DNA of 59,027 nt from an uncultured Bacilli bacterium (GCA_948629335.1 CAPHZB010000001.1:1-59027), one strand, 5' to 3'. Numbered from the stretch's first letter, positions 19,063 to 30,578 are shown. Translations and numbers: made by a program. Notes: generated from the letters alone by a model not told the origin.

Positions 19063-20226
19063 ATGGATACAAAAGCATTTAAAAAAGCAATTGAAGTATT
19101 AAAAACAGAAAAGGGAATTAGTGAAGATATTATTTATGATGCTATGGAATTAGCGCTTACCTCAGCATACAAAAAGAATTATAAATCTTTATCAAATGTA
19201 CGTGTAGATATTAACCGTAATACAGGAGATATAAAAGTATTTTCTTATAAGACTGTTGTTGATAAAAGTGAAGAGGAAAAATATAAAAGCTTTGCAGATA
19301 TTGACTTTTCGACTATCGATACAACGGAAGAAGATGATGAGGAGGGGGACGAACCTGTATTACCTTTTATTTACGATGAAAACATTCATTTGACACTAGA
19401 AGAAGCAAGGAAAATTGTTCCAGATATTCAAATTGGAGATACCATTGAAGAAGAAGTTACACCAAAAGATTTTGGACGTGTAGCTGCAGCAACTGCGAAA
19501 CAAGTGGTGGTTCAAAAAATAAGAGAAGCAGAAAGAGATGTTATCATCAATGAATTTACAGATAAACAAGATGAATTGGTTGTTGGAACCGTTGCAATGG
19601 AAGATGTAAGAAATTATTATATTGATTTAGGAAGAACACAAGGAATTCTTCCTAAATCAGAAACCATTCCGGGAGAAACAATCAAAATGGGTTCTTCTAT
19701 AAAGGTATATATTTCAAAAGTAGAAAGTGGAACCAAAGGACCCCTTATTCTTTTATCAAGAACCCATTATGGATTTGTAAAACGTCTATTTGAACTTGAA
19801 ATTCCTGAAATTAATGAAGGAATTATCATGGTATATAGTGTTGCCCGTGATGCTGGAAATAGGACAAAGATTGCAATCTATTCTGAAGACCATAATGTAG
19901 ATGCAATTGGAGCGTGTATTGGTGAAAAAGGTACTCGTATAGCCAATATTTTAAAAGAGTTAAATGGTGAAAAAGTGGACCTTATTCAGTATGATAAAGA
20001 TACGTCAAAATTCATTGCAAATGCCTTAAGTCCAGCGAAAAACTTACAAGTATTTATTACAGATGAAAAAGGAAAAGAAGCCTACGTTGTCGTTGATCAG
20101 GATAATTTATCATTAGCGATAGGAAAGAAAGGTTCTAATGTAAAACTTGCTGCACGACTAACACATTTTAAAATTGATGTAAAAACATTAGAGCAAGCCG
20201 CTCAAGAAGGAATTAATATTTTATAG
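19063..20226 (+). CDS. nusA: Transcription termination/antitermination factor NusA
   Basis: N-terminal domain, S1 (GTVAMEDVRNYYIDLG) and two KH domains (GACIGEKGTRI, LAIGKKGSNVKLAARL). Canonical operon context. Confidence 0.95.
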   Translation: MDTKAFKKAIEVLKTEKGISEDIIYDAMELALTSAYKKNYKSLSNVRVDINRNTGDIKVFSYKTVVDKSEEEKYKSFADIDFSTIDTTEEDDEEGDEPVLPFIYDENIHLTLEEARKIVPDIQIGDTIEEEVTPKDFGRVAAATAKQVVVQKIREAERDVIINEFTDKQDELVVGTVAMEDVRNYYIDLGRTQGILPKSETIPGETIKMGSSIKVYISKVESGTKGPLILLSRTHYGFVKRLFELEIPEINEGIIMVYSVARDAGNRTKIAIYSEDHNVDAIGACIGEKGTRIANILKELNGEKVDLIQYDKDTSKFIANALSPAKNLQVFITDEKGKEAYVVVDQDNLSLAIGKKGSNVKLAARLTHFKIDVKTLEQAAQEGINIL

Positions 20227-20234
20227 GTGATACA

Positions 20235-20489
20235 ATGAGAAAAATTCCAATGCGAACATGTATTGTTACAAAAGAAAAACTTCCAAAGAAAGAATTAATC
20301 CGAGTAGTACGAACACCAGAGGGGGAAGTACAAATTGATTTAACGGGAAAACAGAATGGGAGAGGGGCCTACCTAAAAAGGGATATTGAAGTTTTTAGAA
20401 AGGCAAAAACAAGTAAAATCCTAAATCGACATTTAGAGGTAGAAGTACCTGATAGTATTTTTGAGGAGTTAGAAAATTATGTAAATTAG
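20235..20489 (+). CDS. ylxR: YlxR/RnpM family (DUF448) RNA-binding protein
   Basis: [19 protein letters not shown]...GRGAYL signature. Conserved position between nusA and infB. Confidence 0.85.
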   Translation: MRKIPMRTCIVTKEKLPKKELIRVVRTPEGEVQIDLTGKQNGRGAYLKRDIEVFRKAKTSKILNRHLEVEVPDSIFEELENYVN

Positions 20490-20503
20490 AAAGAGGTGGT
20501 CAC

Positions 20504-22591
20504 ATGATGACAGTAAAGGAATATGCAATGGATATTGAAAAATCTGTTGGAGAAGTACTTAGAAAATGTAGAGAACTTGGAATTCACGTTGATGATGAAG
20601 ACACATTACTTGATGAAGAAGCAATTATTGAACTTGATAATGTGGTTAATGAAATGATTGATGATGAACAAGTAGAAGAACTTACAAGTTCTATCAAAGA
20701 GGTAAAAGATAGTGAACCAACCACACATAAAGAAAAAGTAGGAAAAAAAATTGTCCAAACAAATAAACAAAATAAAAAGGATTTAAAAGAAAAGAAAAAA
20801 GAAATGTATAAAAACAAGGAAAAGTTAATTTCCAACATCAAAGATGAGGACTCTATTGTATATACAGAGGGAATGAGACTTAGCGAACTTGCAACAAAAA
20901 TAGGAGTAGGTGGAGCAGAACTTGTTAAGAAATTATTTCAACTAGGAATTTTAGCCACAGTCAATGCAAGTATTGATTTTGACAATGCTTCCTTGTTAGC
21001 CATGGATTATGGTAAAAAATTAAAGAGAGAAGAAGAAAGCAATGTTGCGAATTTCGAAGAATTTAAGTTTGAAGACAAAGAAGAAGATTTAAAAGAAAGA
21101 CCAGCTGTTGTAACGATTATGGGACATGTTGACCATGGGAAAACAACCCTTTTAGATACCATTCGTAAAACGAGTGTAGCAAGTAGTGAAGCTGGAGGAA
21201 TTACCCAAGCTATTAATGCTTATCAGATTACGTATAATGAAAAGCCGATTACATTTATTGATACACCAGGTCATGCTGCATTTACCGAAATGCGTGCTAG
21301 GGGAGCTAGTATTACTGATATTGTTATTATTATTGTGGCTGCTGACGATGGAGTGATGCCTCAAACAAAAGAAGCTATTGACCATGCCAAAGCTGCAGGT
21401 GTACCTATTATGGTTGCTGTCAATAAAATGGATAAACCAGGTGCGAATGCAGAACGTGTTATGACAGAACTTTCTGAATATGGATTAACACCTGATATAT
21501 GGGGCGGAGATACTCTATTTACAAATATTTCAGCGAAAAATGGAGATGGAATTGATACCTTACTTGAGAATATTTTATTAGTTGCAGAAATGGGAGAATA
21601 TAAAGCAAATCCAAATCGATATGCGATGGGAACTGTTATTGAATCTCGTTTAGATAAAAAGATTGGACCAGTTGTAACCCTTCTTATACAAAATGGAACA
21701 TTACGATTAGGAGATCCTATTGTTGTTGGAACGAGTTACGGAAAAGTAAGAACTTTAAAAAACGATCGTGGAGAAGAAATTACGGAAGCAAGACCTTCTT
21801 TACCAGTCGAGATTACAGGACTTAACGAAACACCAACCAGTGGGGATAAATTCATGGCTTTTGAATCTGAAAAACAGGCGCATGCGATTGGAGAATCTAG
21901 AAAAGCCCAAATGAAGTCACAAGAAAGTAAAGCAGTTGGAACTGTAAGTTTAGACGAATTGTTTGCTAAAATTGGAGAAGGATTAAAAGAAATTAATGTC
22001 ATTATCAAAGCAGATGTTCATGGTTCTTCAGAGGCTGTAAAAAATTCATTAGAGAAAATAGAAGTGGAAGGCGTAAAGGTAAATGTCGTTCGCTCAAGTG
22101 TTGGAGCCATTACAGAAAGTGATATTGTTTTGGCGAAGGCTTCTAATGCTATCTTAATTGGATTTAATATTCGTCCAAACAATTCAATTCGTGATTATGC
22201 AAAAGAAAATGGTGTAGAAATTAGACTTTATAACATCATTTATAAGGTAGTAGAAGAAATGGAAGCTGCTATGAAAGGAATGTTAGATCCTGTTTTTGAA
22301 GAAAAAGTAACAGGTTCAGCAGACATTCGCCAATTATTCAAGTTTTCCAAAGTTGGAAATATTGCAGGTTCTTATGTAACCGATGGAGTGATTAAAAGGG
22401 ATTCAAAAGCACGTGTCATTCGAGATGGAGTTGTTATCTATGATGGAGAAATCGGTTCTATTCAAAGAGAAAAAGATAGCGTAAAAGAAGTCAAAAAAGG
22501 CTTAGAATGTGGAATTACTATTTCTAATTTTAATGATATTAAAGTAGGGGATACGATAGAAGCCTATGAAATGGTAGAAATAGAAAGATAG
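20504..22591 (+). CDS. infB: Translation initiation factor IF-2
   Basis: [17 protein letters not shown] and NKMD GTPase motifs with a conserved C-terminal domain pattern. Confidence 0.95.
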   Translation: MMTVKEYAMDIEKSVGEVLRKCRELGIHVDDEDTLLDEEAIIELDNVVNEMIDDEQVEELTSSIKEVKDSEPTTHKEKVGKKIVQTNKQNKKDLKEKKKEMYKNKEKLISNIKDEDSIVYTEGMRLSELATKIGVGGAELVKKLFQLGILATVNASIDFDNASLLAMDYGKKLKREEESNVANFEEFKFEDKEEDLKERPAVVTIMGHVDHGKTTLLDTIRKTSVASSEAGGITQAINAYQITYNEKPITFIDTPGHAAFTEMRARGASITDIVIIIVAADDGVMPQTKEAIDHAKAAGVPIMVAVNKMDKPGANAERVMTELSEYGLTPDIWGGDTLFTNISAKNGDGIDTLLENILLVAEMGEYKANPNRYAMGTVIESRLDKKIGPVVTLLIQNGTLRLGDPIVVGTSYGKVRTLKNDRGEEITEARPSLPVEITGLNETPTSGDKFMAFESEKQAHAIGESRKAQMKSQESKAVGTVSLDELFAKIGEGLKEINVIIKADVHGSSEAVKNSLEKIEVEGVKVNVVRSSVGAITESDIVLAKASNAILIGFNIRPNNSIRDYAKENGVEIRLYNIIYKVVEEMEAAMKGMLDPVFEEKVTGSADIRQLFKFSKVGNIAGSYVTDGVIKRDSKARVIRDGVVIYDGEIGSIQREKDSVKEVKKGLECGITISNFNDIKVGDTIEAYEMVEIER

Positions 22592-22680
22592 TGGATGCAG
22601 TATCGAAGAGGGACATTGTTCCTTTTTTCTAATTTACTTCTAAATTCCCATGTGTTATACTAATAAAGAGGGTGAAAATT

Positions 22681-23037
22681 ATGAGTATTAAGATAGAACG
22701 AATTGAAAAAGAAATGCAACGTGAAGTTAGTAAAATAATAGAATTAGAAATAAAAAATAAAAGATTAGAATTTGTAACGATTACTTCTTGCCATGTTACG
22801 AATGATCTTAGTTTTGCAAAAATTTATTTTACTTGTTTAAAAGAAGAGGATAAACAAGCAGTAGAAGATGCTTTAAATCAAGCTGCTGGTTTTATTCGTA
22901 AACAGTTAGCTGGGACTATGCATGTGAGACATACTCCTGAATTAACATTTGTTTATGATGATTCCATTAGTTATGGGAAGAGAATAGAACATGTGATTGA
23001 AGAAATGCACAAAGGAGAAAAAAATGAAAAACAATAA
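22681..23037 (+). CDS. rbfA: Ribosome-binding factor A
   Basis: RIEKEMQREVSKII...VTITSCHVTNDLSFAKIYF...HTPELTFVYDDS pattern, downstream of infB. ATG follows AAGAGGG. Confidence 0.9.
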   Translation: MSIKIERIEKEMQREVSKIIELEIKNKRLEFVTITSCHVTNDLSFAKIYFTCLKEEDKQAVEDALNQAAGFIRKQLAGTMHVRHTPELTFVYDDSISYGKRIEHVIEEMHKGEKNEKQ

Positions 23038-23725
23038 ATATATAGTAAATGCATGTATTGGAATCATAGCAATATTTATTTACTTTACTTTTTCTTATTT
23101 GCAACTTGGACTTTTAGAACTTCTACATATTGATTATCAAGCAATGTCTCTTTCTTTAAAAGTTCTTTATTTAATTATTACCGATAGTATAGAAATTGCC
23201 ATTTTTATTCTTCTATTTAGAAAAAAATTAAAAGAAGATATACAAGATTTAAAAAAGAATCATGAGTCTTATTTTAAAACGTATTTTAAATATTGGTTAC
23301 TTGCTTTAGGAATTATGATGGTTAGTAATTTAATTATCATGTTAATTACAGAAAATGAAACCTCTGGAAATGAAGAAGCAGTTCGAAATTTGATTACAAA
23401 AAGTCCTATATATGCTTATTTTTCTTCCGTTATTTTTGCCCCATTTGTGGAAGAAATTATTTTTAGAAGAAGCATTCGAAATATCATTCCAATCGATTCT
23501 ATTTTTATTATTGTATCTGGACTTGTATTTGGAAGTCTTCATATTATAACAGGATATTCTGGACCACTTGATTTATTATATCTAATTCCGTACTGTGCTC
23601 CTGGGTTAATATTTGCCTATATTCTAACTAAAACAGATAATGTTTTGGTATCAGCAAGTATTCATCTTATGCATAATGGAATTATGGTATCACTCCAAAT
23701 TTTTGCTTATTTATTTTTAATGTAG
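23024..23725 (+). CDS. CPBP-family intramembrane glutamic endopeptidase (CAAX protease-like)
   Basis: Multi-TM protein with FAPFVEEIIFRR (EExxxR) and SIHLMHN motifs. Confidence 0.8.
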   Translation: MKNNKYIVNACIGIIAIFIYFTFSYLQLGLLELLHIDYQAMSLSLKVLYLIITDSIEIAIFILLFRKKLKEDIQDLKKNHESYFKTYFKYWLLALGIMMVSNLIIMLITENETSGNEEAVRNLITKSPIYAYFSSVIFAPFVEEIIFRRSIRNIIPIDSIFIIVSGLVFGSLHIITGYSGPLDLLYLIPYCAPGLIFAYILTKTDNVLVSASIHLMHNGIMVSLQIFAYLFLM

Positions 23726-23872
23726 AAAATATTGATGTTGCGTAAAAGGAATTCATAATAAAGAACTCCTTTTTTAGTGAAAATATTTCCTTATAAATAA
23801 AGAACTCTATTAATAATCGATAGACTTTTTCTTTAGGGTTTGTTATCTTTTTAAAAGAAGGAGGTTGTATTT

Positions 23873-24535
23873 ATGGATACAAAGAAAATAGGAAGCTATA
23901 TTCAAAAAAAGAGAAGGGAATATCATTTGACACAGGAAGAATTGGCAAATAAAGTCTATGTTACAAATAAAGCAGTTTCAAGATGGGAAAATGGAAAAAG
24001 CTTACCTGAGGTAGAAACATTATATTTGTTAAGTAAAGTTCTACATGTAAGTATAAATGAAATTTTAGATGAAGGAGTAGAAAAGGATGAAGAAATAAAG
24101 GAATATTATAATCAAAAAAGAGTGAGAAGTAAGAATACGATGTTTGATATATTTCTTTTTGTTGTTATTTTTTTTCTTATGATGGTAACAGTTTACCAAA
24201 TTATTGAATTAACTTTAGGTGTTGCACTCGTATATTTGGACGTTGAATTTACACCTATGATAAAAGAGACTTTCGCAAAAACAAGAGATACTATGTTTGA
24301 ATATGTTTTATTAAATGTGATACCATGGATTGTCATGCTTGTAGGTTATATCGGGTACAAGTTAAAAAATAAAATCCTTTATTTTACTAGTATTGTAAGT
24401 ATACTGATTGTTATTGTTTCTCTATTTGCATCAGATAATATAAGTGTTTCACATATAGCTGCTATTGTAGTGAGTTTATTTATGTTATGGTCTTTAAGAA
24501 AAGATGAAAATGAATGGAATATGAAAAGGAAATAG
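23873..24535 (+). CDS. XRE-family HTH protein with C-terminal transmembrane domain
   Basis: LTQEELANKVYVTNKAVSRWENGKSLPEVETL HTH, followed by about four hydrophobic segments. Confidence 0.75.
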   Translation: MDTKKIGSYIQKKRREYHLTQEELANKVYVTNKAVSRWENGKSLPEVETLYLLSKVLHVSINEILDEGVEKDEEIKEYYNQKRVRSKNTMFDIFLFVVIFFLMMVTVYQIIELTLGVALVYLDVEFTPMIKETFAKTRDTMFEYVLLNVIPWIVMLVGYIGYKLKNKILYFTSIVSILIVIVSLFASDNISVSHIAAIVVSLFMLWSLRKDENEWNMKRK

Positions 24536-24558
24536 TAAGAAAATAAATTTTATTCTAT

Positions 24559-24587
24559 TTGACATTCTATCTAAAATTGGGTATACT
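24559..24587 (+). promoter_or_regulatory. Near-consensus sigma-A promoter (TTGACA-17-TATACT)
   Basis: TTGACA at 24559..24564, exact 17-nt spacer, TATACT at 24582..24587. About 105 nt upstream of the ATG at 24695. Confidence 0.6.
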
Positions 24588-24694
24588 ATCTTTCGTTGTT
24601 TGGATTTGAAACATATGAAATGATAGTAAGATAAGAAATCGAAGCAAAGGATCAATATTGTTTCAAAGCAAGATAGGATATGGAGGAATGAGTA

Positions 24695-25528
24695 ATGCTT
24701 TCTGATGCGGAATTTGAATCTACAATTCAAATTGTATTTAAGTACTTAAATACAAATATATCTATATATAGAATTGATGATTTAGAGGAATGTAAGAATC
24801 TTTCACTTCCTTTTACAAAATGTTTATCTAAAATATCTTCAAATAAGATAGTCCAATATAATGGGCAGAAATATGTATGGAGTGAAATTTCTAAAATGGT
24901 AAGGGAGAAAATGGTGCAGGATAAGACTAATCTAGTTGTTTATCTTGCTACTATCTATTTAGAGGGAGATCATTCTATCGATTTCTTAGTTTCATTGCCC
25001 CAAGTCCCTTTTTCATCTTCCTCTTTACAAAGATACTTTAAAGAGTTGCTACCTCAAGTCCCTAGTATAGTTTATCAAGGAAAAACTTATACTGGAGAAG
25101 AATTTATGAATCTTTTAAATGAGAAACTTGCATTACAGAAGAGTAAGGCTCCTCAAAAGGGAGGAGAGAAATCTTCTATTAAAACGATTGCTTTAAAAGA
25201 TGAAAAAGGACATTTCATGGGAAGCAAGAAAAAGACAAGAATTGCAGGAAAATATATGCCATCATTATATGATAGATCGTTATATGAGGCAGAACTTATG
25301 GATGCAAGGCATTCCTCAACAAGGTTAGTAGGAAAAATTCAAGGTTTTAGTAAGGAAACAATTCGAAGAGATTTTCATAAAGTTTTAAAAAATTGCGACT
25401 CAGTGGCATATGTCAAAGTTTGTGAACAGCTAATAGAAAATCAGAATGTGGACATAAATGATTTAGGAATGTTCATTAATGCAGAGGAAAAATACCAGAA
25501 ACAGAAAAAACGTAGCAATAAAAGGTAA
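24695..25528 (+). CDS. Hypothetical protein (277 aa)
   Basis: Good RBS (GGAGG). Long ORF with a basic C-terminus. No motif recognised. Confidence 0.6.
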   Translation: MLSDAEFESTIQIVFKYLNTNISIYRIDDLEECKNLSLPFTKCLSKISSNKIVQYNGQKYVWSEISKMVREKMVQDKTNLVVYLATIYLEGDHSIDFLVSLPQVPFSSSSLQRYFKELLPQVPSIVYQGKTYTGEEFMNLLNEKLALQKSKAPQKGGEKSSIKTIALKDEKGHFMGSKKKTRIAGKYMPSLYDRSLYEAELMDARHSSTRLVGKIQGFSKETIRRDFHKVLKNCDSVAYVKVCEQLIENQNVDINDLGMFINAEEKYQKQKKRSNKR

Positions 25529-25792
25529 ATCTCTACTAACAAAAAGATATCTAACTAAATAATTACCATTACATTGAGTATTTAGAAGAATGAATAAAAT
25601 TTGTAGATGATGTAATTCTATAAAAAATAAGGCTTAGTTTTATAAGCTTTTTTTAATACTTAAAAATAAAAATGTTCAAAAATATGTTACAATAGAATTG
25701 TATAAAATAGTTTAGAGAATACTGAATATAAAAGTTTATATTTGATAGATAGTCAAAATATTGGGCTGAATATATACTTGGGAGGCTTAAAT

Positions 25793-28216
25793 ATGTCTGA
25801 AGAAATAAAAATTTCATATGATGAAAAAAAAGTGATAGTATCTTCACAAGTTTTAGAGAAAATAAGATATTTAACTAGAAAAGATGACGTTTATTCTACA
25901 TCTAAAACACAAATGGGAACCGAAATGGATATTCACTTCTTTTATGAGAAAATAGAAAGCATTGTTCGAAAAAGTACAACAGATATGGATTATCTTCCAA
26001 GTAGGGATAATGAAATAGGCTATAATATGGAATTAATGAATACTTTATTACAGCAGTATAACGAATTGCTTCCTAAAGAAAAAAGGGAAACATCTTTAGA
26101 TTATTATATCAGTAGTGTTGATTCGAGCACATTAAATGTACTATTAGAAATTATTTATAGAATAAATATAGAACAAAATAACTTTTATTTAATGCGTGAC
26201 TTAATAAATGCAAAGAATGATTGTGTAGCAAATATGAAATATTTTGTTGATGATGCAGTGATTTTCCAATTTAGTATGGAATATGACAAAGCAATTCAAA
26301 CAAAAGATACGAAACGAATGCATGAAATGTTAGATTCTATTCAACAAGCTATTTTAAAGGAATGGGAGAAATATTTTGAGGATATAGATGCAATGACAGA
26401 TGACCATTTTGCATTTATTGGGCATAGTACAGATTCTACAAAATTTGATGAAAAATTCTGTAGTAATTATGTATCGGGCTCTTTATTTAATCAAGATTTG
26501 ACCGATACATATAGATTGGGATATGGATTTATATTAGCTCCTAAGAAAATAGTAGGGGCGAAAAGTCAGGATATGTCTGTTAATAACTATGTTCAAGATG
26601 AAGATGACTTGCTTTTTTATAGTGTTATAAAAAGAATTGATCACCCTCAAAGATTGATTGATGAGTGTTTAAAATTAAAACACGAAAATGTAGAAAATGG
26701 AGAGGATGGGAAGGTTTATAGTGAGATTATATTTAATGGATTTGATCCTATTGGTATTTTCTGTTTTACTGATGGATCCAAGTCATTAAATAGGAATTAT
26801 AGATGTGCACAAAAATTACAAGAAAGCTTTCCCCATCTAAAAATACGTAGTTTTGATATTATGAAAAGAAAACAAGGGCTAGACTTAGATAAAATGAAAT
26901 TAGCTTTGTTGAATAATTTACAACAACAATTTACCCAACATACATATATAATTAATGAAGAAATGCTTTCAAGATATGATTATTTCTTTGAAGAATATGA
27001 AAAAATGAAAGAAAAAAAACAATATGATGAAACAGAAATAGAAGCGCTATTTAAAGAGAATGATAAACTATTATCTATTTTTGATACTAATCCTGATGAT
27101 TTATTTAGTGGAATGTATGATGAGAAACAAATAAAGTATATATTAGGTAAAAATGTAAATTACAATATTGATTATATTTTAAGTGGTAAAGCGAGAGCGT
27201 TTGCTCTTAATAAACTGAAAGAATTGCATCCTTATAAAGATAAATTAGATTCTTTTTATGATGGTTTAAGTGAATTTGTTGAATTAATTTCTAGAATTGA
27301 TATTACTGATGAAATGATGGAAGAGATAAATAAAATGGAATCCATCAACTTTTATACAATTTCAAAAATAATCGCATCTAAAATGATAGCGTCTATACGT
27401 GATAAAGAGGAACAAATAAGGGGAGAATTCAATCATTTTCAAATTCAATATAATGAATTACTTAAAGAATTTCAAAAACGAACAAAAATGCAGGAACAAT
27501 ACGATTATTATTCAGTAATTGAATTAAATAAAGTTTATGCCGAAATGATAAAAGAGGATTATCAACAAGTTGGTAAAGATATAGATATTGTTATGTTTAA
27601 GGAGAAACAGTTACAAAATGAATTAGATGAGATAGAGAGCCAATTGAGTGTATTAAATAAAAAGCAAGAAGAAGTTATGGCTACCCTTTATGATAATGAC
27701 AAGGGACATGAAATGTGTAGACAAGCAATAGAAGAAATAAGTGCAAATGTGGCTGAACTTTCAAAACATTCATTTTTAAATTGGAAAAGATTACGTACTG
27801 AAAAAGATAAATTGAAAGTATTTGAGGAAAAAGCGGAATTACAAAGAAAAAAATTTGAAGTAGAAAAAGCAAATGAAATTCATTTGCTTGATGTAAAAAA
27901 ATCTGAATTGGATAGGAAGAAAAGTAATAGGAAGCAAGATTTACGTATTGTACAGGATCATAGAAATGCTCTTTATGAGCAATTAGAACGGTTAAAAACT
28001 AACATGAGGGAAAAATTTAGGTGTAATACAGTAAATGAAATTGATGTTTCTATAGTACAGGCAGAGGAATTTATGGAACAATATGATACTATGAATGCAT
28101 ATTATTTGAAACAAATAAAGGACAAATTAGAACAAATAAATCGTAAGATGATAAATAATCAGAATAATTTGGATCACCTTCAAGAGGAAAAAACAACTAT
28201 CTCAAGGATGATGTAG
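25793..28216 (+). CDS. Hypothetical large protein (~807 aa) with extended C-terminal coiled coil
   Basis: GGAGG RBS 7 nt before the ATG at 25793. The C-terminal ~300 aa are heptad-like and Lys/Glu/Gln-rich. No catalytic motif recognised. Confidence 0.65.
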   Translation: MSEEIKISYDEKKVIVSSQVLEKIRYLTRKDDVYSTSKTQMGTEMDIHFFYEKIESIVRKSTTDMDYLPSRDNEIGYNMELMNTLLQQYNELLPKEKRETSLDYYISSVDSSTLNVLLEIIYRINIEQNNFYLMRDLINAKNDCVANMKYFVDDAVIFQFSMEYDKAIQTKDTKRMHEMLDSIQQAILKEWEKYFEDIDAMTDDHFAFIGHSTDSTKFDEKFCSNYVSGSLFNQDLTDTYRLGYGFILAPKKIVGAKSQDMSVNNYVQDEDDLLFYSVIKRIDHPQRLIDECLKLKHENVENGEDGKVYSEIIFNGFDPIGIFCFTDGSKSLNRNYRCAQKLQESFPHLKIRSFDIMKRKQGLDLDKMKLALLNNLQQQFTQHTYIINEEMLSRYDYFFEEYEKMKEKKQYDETEIEALFKENDKLLSIFDTNPDDLFSGMYDEKQIKYILGKNVNYNIDYILSGKARAFALNKLKELHPYKDKLDSFYDGLSEFVELISRIDITDEMMEEINKMESINFYTISKIIASKMIASIRDKEEQIRGEFNHFQIQYNELLKEFQKRTKMQEQYDYYSVIELNKVYAEMIKEDYQQVGKDIDIVMFKEKQLQNELDEIESQLSVLNKKQEEVMATLYDNDKGHEMCRQAIEEISANVAELSKHSFLNWKRLRTEKDKLKVFEEKAELQRKKFEVEKANEIHLLDVKKSELDRKKSNRKQDLRIVQDHRNALYEQLERLKTNMREKFRCNTVNEIDVSIVQAEEFMEQYDTMNAYYLKQIKDKLEQINRKMINNQNNLDHLQEEKTTISRMM

Positions 28217-28355
28217 AAGAGCCACTAATGGATAAGATATTTTGGTTATGGTTTATTAACAACGTTTGTAGGTCGCTTTTCTTGTTCTAATAAAAAATAA
28301 TTCTATTAAAATAGAAAAGGAGTAGGAGAAAAACGTAGAAATATGTAATAAAAAG

Positions 28356-28379
28356 TAGAAGAAATCTTCTATTTTTTTT
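28356..28379 (+). terminator. Intrinsic terminator
   Basis: TAGAAG-AAAT-CTTCTA followed by T8. Confidence 0.5.
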
Positions 28380-28413
28380 GTCGAAACATAAATATTAGTA
28401 GGAGAGGTGAGTT

Positions 28414-29601
28414 ATGAAAAAGATAGGTCAGTTATTTTTTGTAATATCTATATTTCTATTTCCATTTACAGTTTTAGCAAGTGATACGTATGTTTCAAAG
28501 GAAGTAAATAGTACTGTTGATTTAGCGCCTAACGCAAAAAGTGCCATTTTAATGGATGTTGCAACAGGAGAGATTTTGTATGAAAAAAATAGCCATGAGA
28601 AATTAGCTCCCGCTAGTATGACTAAAATGATGAGTATGCTTCTTATTTTAGAACATATTGAATCAGGAGCAATGAAATGGGACGATATGATTACAGTTTC
28701 TGCCAATGCATCTAGTATGGGAGGAAGTCAGATTCTCTTAGAAACTGGAGAACAAATGAGTGTAGAAGATTTATTTAAGGGAGTGTCTGTTGCTAGTGGA
28801 AATGATGCTGTTGTGGCTTTAGCAGAGGCAGTTGCTGGAAATGTTGAATCATTTGTAGAAATGATGAATAAAAAGGTAAAAGAATTAGGCTTAAAAGATA
28901 CTGTGTTTAAAAATCCACATGGTTTAGATGATGCAAACCATTATTCAACTGCTTATGATATGGCAATGATTGGTAGAGAACTTGTAAAACATGAAAAAGT
29001 TTTAGAATTCACATCCATATATGAAGACTATTTACGAAAAGGAACAGAAAGAGAATTTTGGCTTGTAAATACAAATCGATTAGTTAAATTTAATCCAAAT
29101 GTTGATGGATTAAAGACAGGATATACAGAAGGGGCAGGGTATTGTTTAACGGCTACAGCTAAAAAAAATAATATGCGTCTTTTAACGACAGTTATGGGTG
29201 AAGAAAGTGTTGCAACAAGAACAAATGAAGTTACAGCCTTACTTGATTATGGTTATGCGAATTATAAACTCGATACACTCCTTACTAAGGATACTGTGGT
29301 TGATACCATTTTCCCTGATAAAGCAAAACAAGAAAGTGCTTCTATTATGCCTATTAAAGAAGTAACTAAATTAAGTAAAAAGACACAAAAAATTGGAAAT
29401 ATTACCTATGATGTCCATTTAAATGATATAAAAATCCCAATAAAAAAAGGCGATATTGTAGGAAATATGGATATTTTAGAAGACGGAAAAATAGTAGGTA
29501 AAGTAGATGTAACAGTTTCAGAAAATATTGATAAAATTAATTTTATAGGACTTTTTTCAAGATACTTTTCTGATATTGTAACTGGAAATTTAACTTTATA
29601 A
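28414..29601 (+). CDS. D-alanyl-D-alanine carboxypeptidase (PBP5/DacA-type, S11)
   Basis: Signal peptide, ASMTKMM (SxxK), SGND (SxN) and KTGYT (KTG) motifs, plus a PBP5 C-terminal domain. Confidence 0.9.
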   Translation: MKKIGQLFFVISIFLFPFTVLASDTYVSKEVNSTVDLAPNAKSAILMDVATGEILYEKNSHEKLAPASMTKMMSMLLILEHIESGAMKWDDMITVSANASSMGGSQILLETGEQMSVEDLFKGVSVASGNDAVVALAEAVAGNVESFVEMMNKKVKELGLKDTVFKNPHGLDDANHYSTAYDMAMIGRELVKHEKVLEFTSIYEDYLRKGTEREFWLVNTNRLVKFNPNVDGLKTGYTEGAGYCLTATAKKNNMRLLTTVMGEESVATRTNEVTALLDYGYANYKLDTLLTKDTVVDTIFPDKAKQESASIMPIKEVTKLSKKTQKIGNITYDVHLNDIKIPIKKGDIVGNMDILEDGKIVGKVDVTVSENIDKINFIGLFSRYFSDIVTGNLTL

Positions 29602-29630
29602 AAAAGAATTCATAGTAGAATTCTTTTTCT
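29602..29630 (+). terminator. Intrinsic terminator after the carboxypeptidase gene
   Basis: AAAAGAATTC-ATAGTA-GAATTCTTTT, a perfect 10-bp stem with a T-rich tail. Confidence 0.65.
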
Positions 29631-29834
29631 ATATATAGTAGTTCATTTTCTTCTATGAAATGAACTATGTATTCATAAATTATTTAATAAAAGCCCACAC
29701 AAATTATCTTTACCAAATTTTTTACTTTTTTCCATTTTTTATATACCTATATGTTTCTTAGAATAAGTTTCTATGTTTTCATCTATCCAAATCTGTGTGT
29801 AAATGGTTAGATTTGAAAATTATCATCAAAAATA

Positions 29835-29865
29835 AAAACGCTTCTTATGAGAATAATAGCGTTTT
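29835..29865. terminator. Bidirectional-looking hairpin downstream of def
   Basis: AAAACGCT-N15-AGCGTTTT. A/T runs on both sides give a U tail on either strand. Confidence 0.45.
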
Positions 29866-29892
29866 TGTCCAATGAATATTCTAAAAGGCAAA

Positions 29893-30441
29893 CTATATTA
29901 AGCGGATCTCATATTCATTAAAGAATGGTTTTTTCTTATTGATTCTGTCGTAAAACAAAATTCCATTTAAGTGGTCAATTTCATGTTGAAAAGCGATAGA
30001 TAATTCTTCCCGTGCTCGAATACGTATAGGATTTCCTTCTATGTCAAATCCCGTTACTGTAACACGGGCAAATCTAGGAACATGCCCATCCACATCTCGA
30101 TTGACACTTAAGCATCCTTCTCCAGCATCAGCAGCAATCATTTCCTTTGATGTACTTACAATCTCTGGATTAATAACAACATAGTTATTAAATTTTCCCT
30201 TCTCATATTCGTCAACAATCACAATAATTCTCTTTAATAGTCCAAGTTGAGGGAAAGCTAAACCTGTTCCAGGTCTTAAATCATACATTTTTTCATATTT
30301 CTCAATTTGACTATATGTTAAATGAGTAATCATCTGTTCGATTAAATCTTTATCTTCTTTAGAAAGAGGAAAAGAAACTTCTACACTTTTCTGACGCAAT
30401 TTTTTATCTTTTTCATCTAAAATATCTAATTTTTTAAACAT
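29893..30441 (-). CDS. def: Peptide deformylase
   Basis: GLAFPQLG, EGCLS and HEIDHLNG motifs. Confidence 0.9.
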   Translation of the reverse strand: MFKKLDILDEKDKKLRQKSVEVSFPLSKEDKDLIEQMITHLTYSQIEKYEKMYDLRPGTGLAFPQLGLLKRIIVIVDEYEKGKFNNYVVINPEIVSTSKEMIAADAGEGCLSVNRDVDGHVPRFARVTVTGFDIEGNPIRIRAREELSIAFQHEIDHLNGILFYDRINKKKPFFNEYEIRLI

Positions 30442-30578
30442 ATATTCATCTCACATTTCATGTGTATTATAACACATTTTCCACATTTGTAACAGAGTTT
30501 TCCTTTTTATGTATGAATTAATGGGAAAATTATTTGTTTTAGAAGCGACAGAATATTTTATGCAGTTGCATAAAAATC

